From IMG/VR virus record IMGVR_UViG_2713896903_000003: a DNA stretch of 5,539 nt; one strand, 5' to 3'. Positions within the stretch are counted from its first letter, which is position 1, and each line of letters starts with the position of its first letter. Source of the stretch: a virus (lineage: Duplodnaviria > Heunggongvirae > Uroviricota > Caudoviricetes). The translations under genes and the position numbers were made by a program. This document shows positions 5,138 through 5,539 of this stretch, in pieces. The notes under the pieces are model-generated. The model was given only the letters and a program-made list of their open reading frames with translations. It did not search any database and was not told the origin of the DNA.

Positions 5138-5266
5138 ATGGATTTCGACACAATCATGGAAAAGGCTTACGAAGAATACTTCGAAGGCCTTGCCGAAGGC
5201 GAAGAAGCTCTCAGCTTCAGTGAGTTTAAACAGGCGCTTTCCAGCCCGGCAAAATCTAACGGCTGA
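5138..5266 (+). CDS. ydfB: YdfB-like small protein, 42 aa (MDFDTIMEKAYEEYFEGLAEGEEALSFSEFKQALSSPAKSNG); below the ORF-track cutoff
   Basis: Hand translation. ATG 5138 with AGGTGA SD, 1 nt after the ydfA-like stop. 42 aa matches the size of Qin YdfB. Confidence 0.55.
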   Translation: MDFDTIMEKAYEEYFEGLAEGEEALSFSEFKQALSSPAKSNG

Positions 5267-5295
5267 TAAGCGAAGCAGCACCGCGAGGAATCAGT

Positions 5296-5514
5296 ATGCA
5301 GAAACGAGAACCCGTCATCATCGCGCCAGACTATACCGATGATGAACTTTATGAGTGGATGCACCAGAAAATTAAGGCAGCGCAGGACCTGAAATGGGCC
5401 AATGAAGCCAGGGCTAAGCAGGCCGAAAATCTGTCTGCTCTGGAAAAAGATATTACCAATCTGGAAAAAGCAGCGGCATTAAGTATCGCCAGAATGATTA
5501 CATACCCGCGTTAA
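5296..5514 (+). CDS. ydfC: YdfC-like small protein, 72 aa
   Basis: ATG 5296 with GAGGA SD at 6 nt. Stop TAA 5512-5514. Third gene of the ydfABC-like series. Confidence 0.6.
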   Translation: MQKREPVIIAPDYTDDELYEWMHQKIKAAQDLKWANEARAKQAENLSALEKDITNLEKAAALSIARMITYPR

Positions 5515-5539
5515 TAGCTAAACAACGAAGCTAAGGTTG

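Noticed and set aside
4926-5364. Minus-strand ORFs 4926-5153, 5084-5281 and 5167-5364, and plus-strand ORF 5133-5342
   Set aside because: They overlap the co-directional, RBS-supported ydfA/B/C-like genes in other frames or in antisense. No start-site support.
1-5539. tRNA, rRNA, IS element, integrase or att site
   Set aside because: No cloverleaf-compatible sequence, no long terminal inverted repeats, and no transposase- or integrase-sized ORFs are present. The window appears to be internal to a prophage.

Overview
This window reads as the immunity–replication core of a lambdoid (Rac/Qin/CP-933P-like) enterobacterial prophage; all names are from reading the sequence and from memory, with no database search run. 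Left to right: a leftward block of small overlapping genes of unknown function (31–1344), an 84-aa gene, a 356-aa replication-initiator-like gene carrying two internal CGTGAC iteron arrays with 10–11 bp phasing (1864–2934), and a leftward Cro-like/CII-like pair resembling ydaS–ydaT (3006–3730). A divergent promoter/operator region (3731–3827) then leads into a rightward three-gene operon: an HTH repressor, a 63-aa antitoxin-like protein and a 92-aa ParE/RelE-like toxin, which I believe is the described paaR2–paaA2–parE2 three-component toxin–antitoxin module. A second copy of the operator/promoter element (4753–4794, inverted relative to the first) precedes three small genes resembling ydfA–ydfB–ydfC. 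No tRNA, rRNA, CRISPR, IS element or integrase is visible. The most notable points are the toxin–antitoxin pair sitting in the repressor operon between two related operators, the in-gene iteron arrays, and an in-frame TGA separating two zinc-finger-like ORFs.
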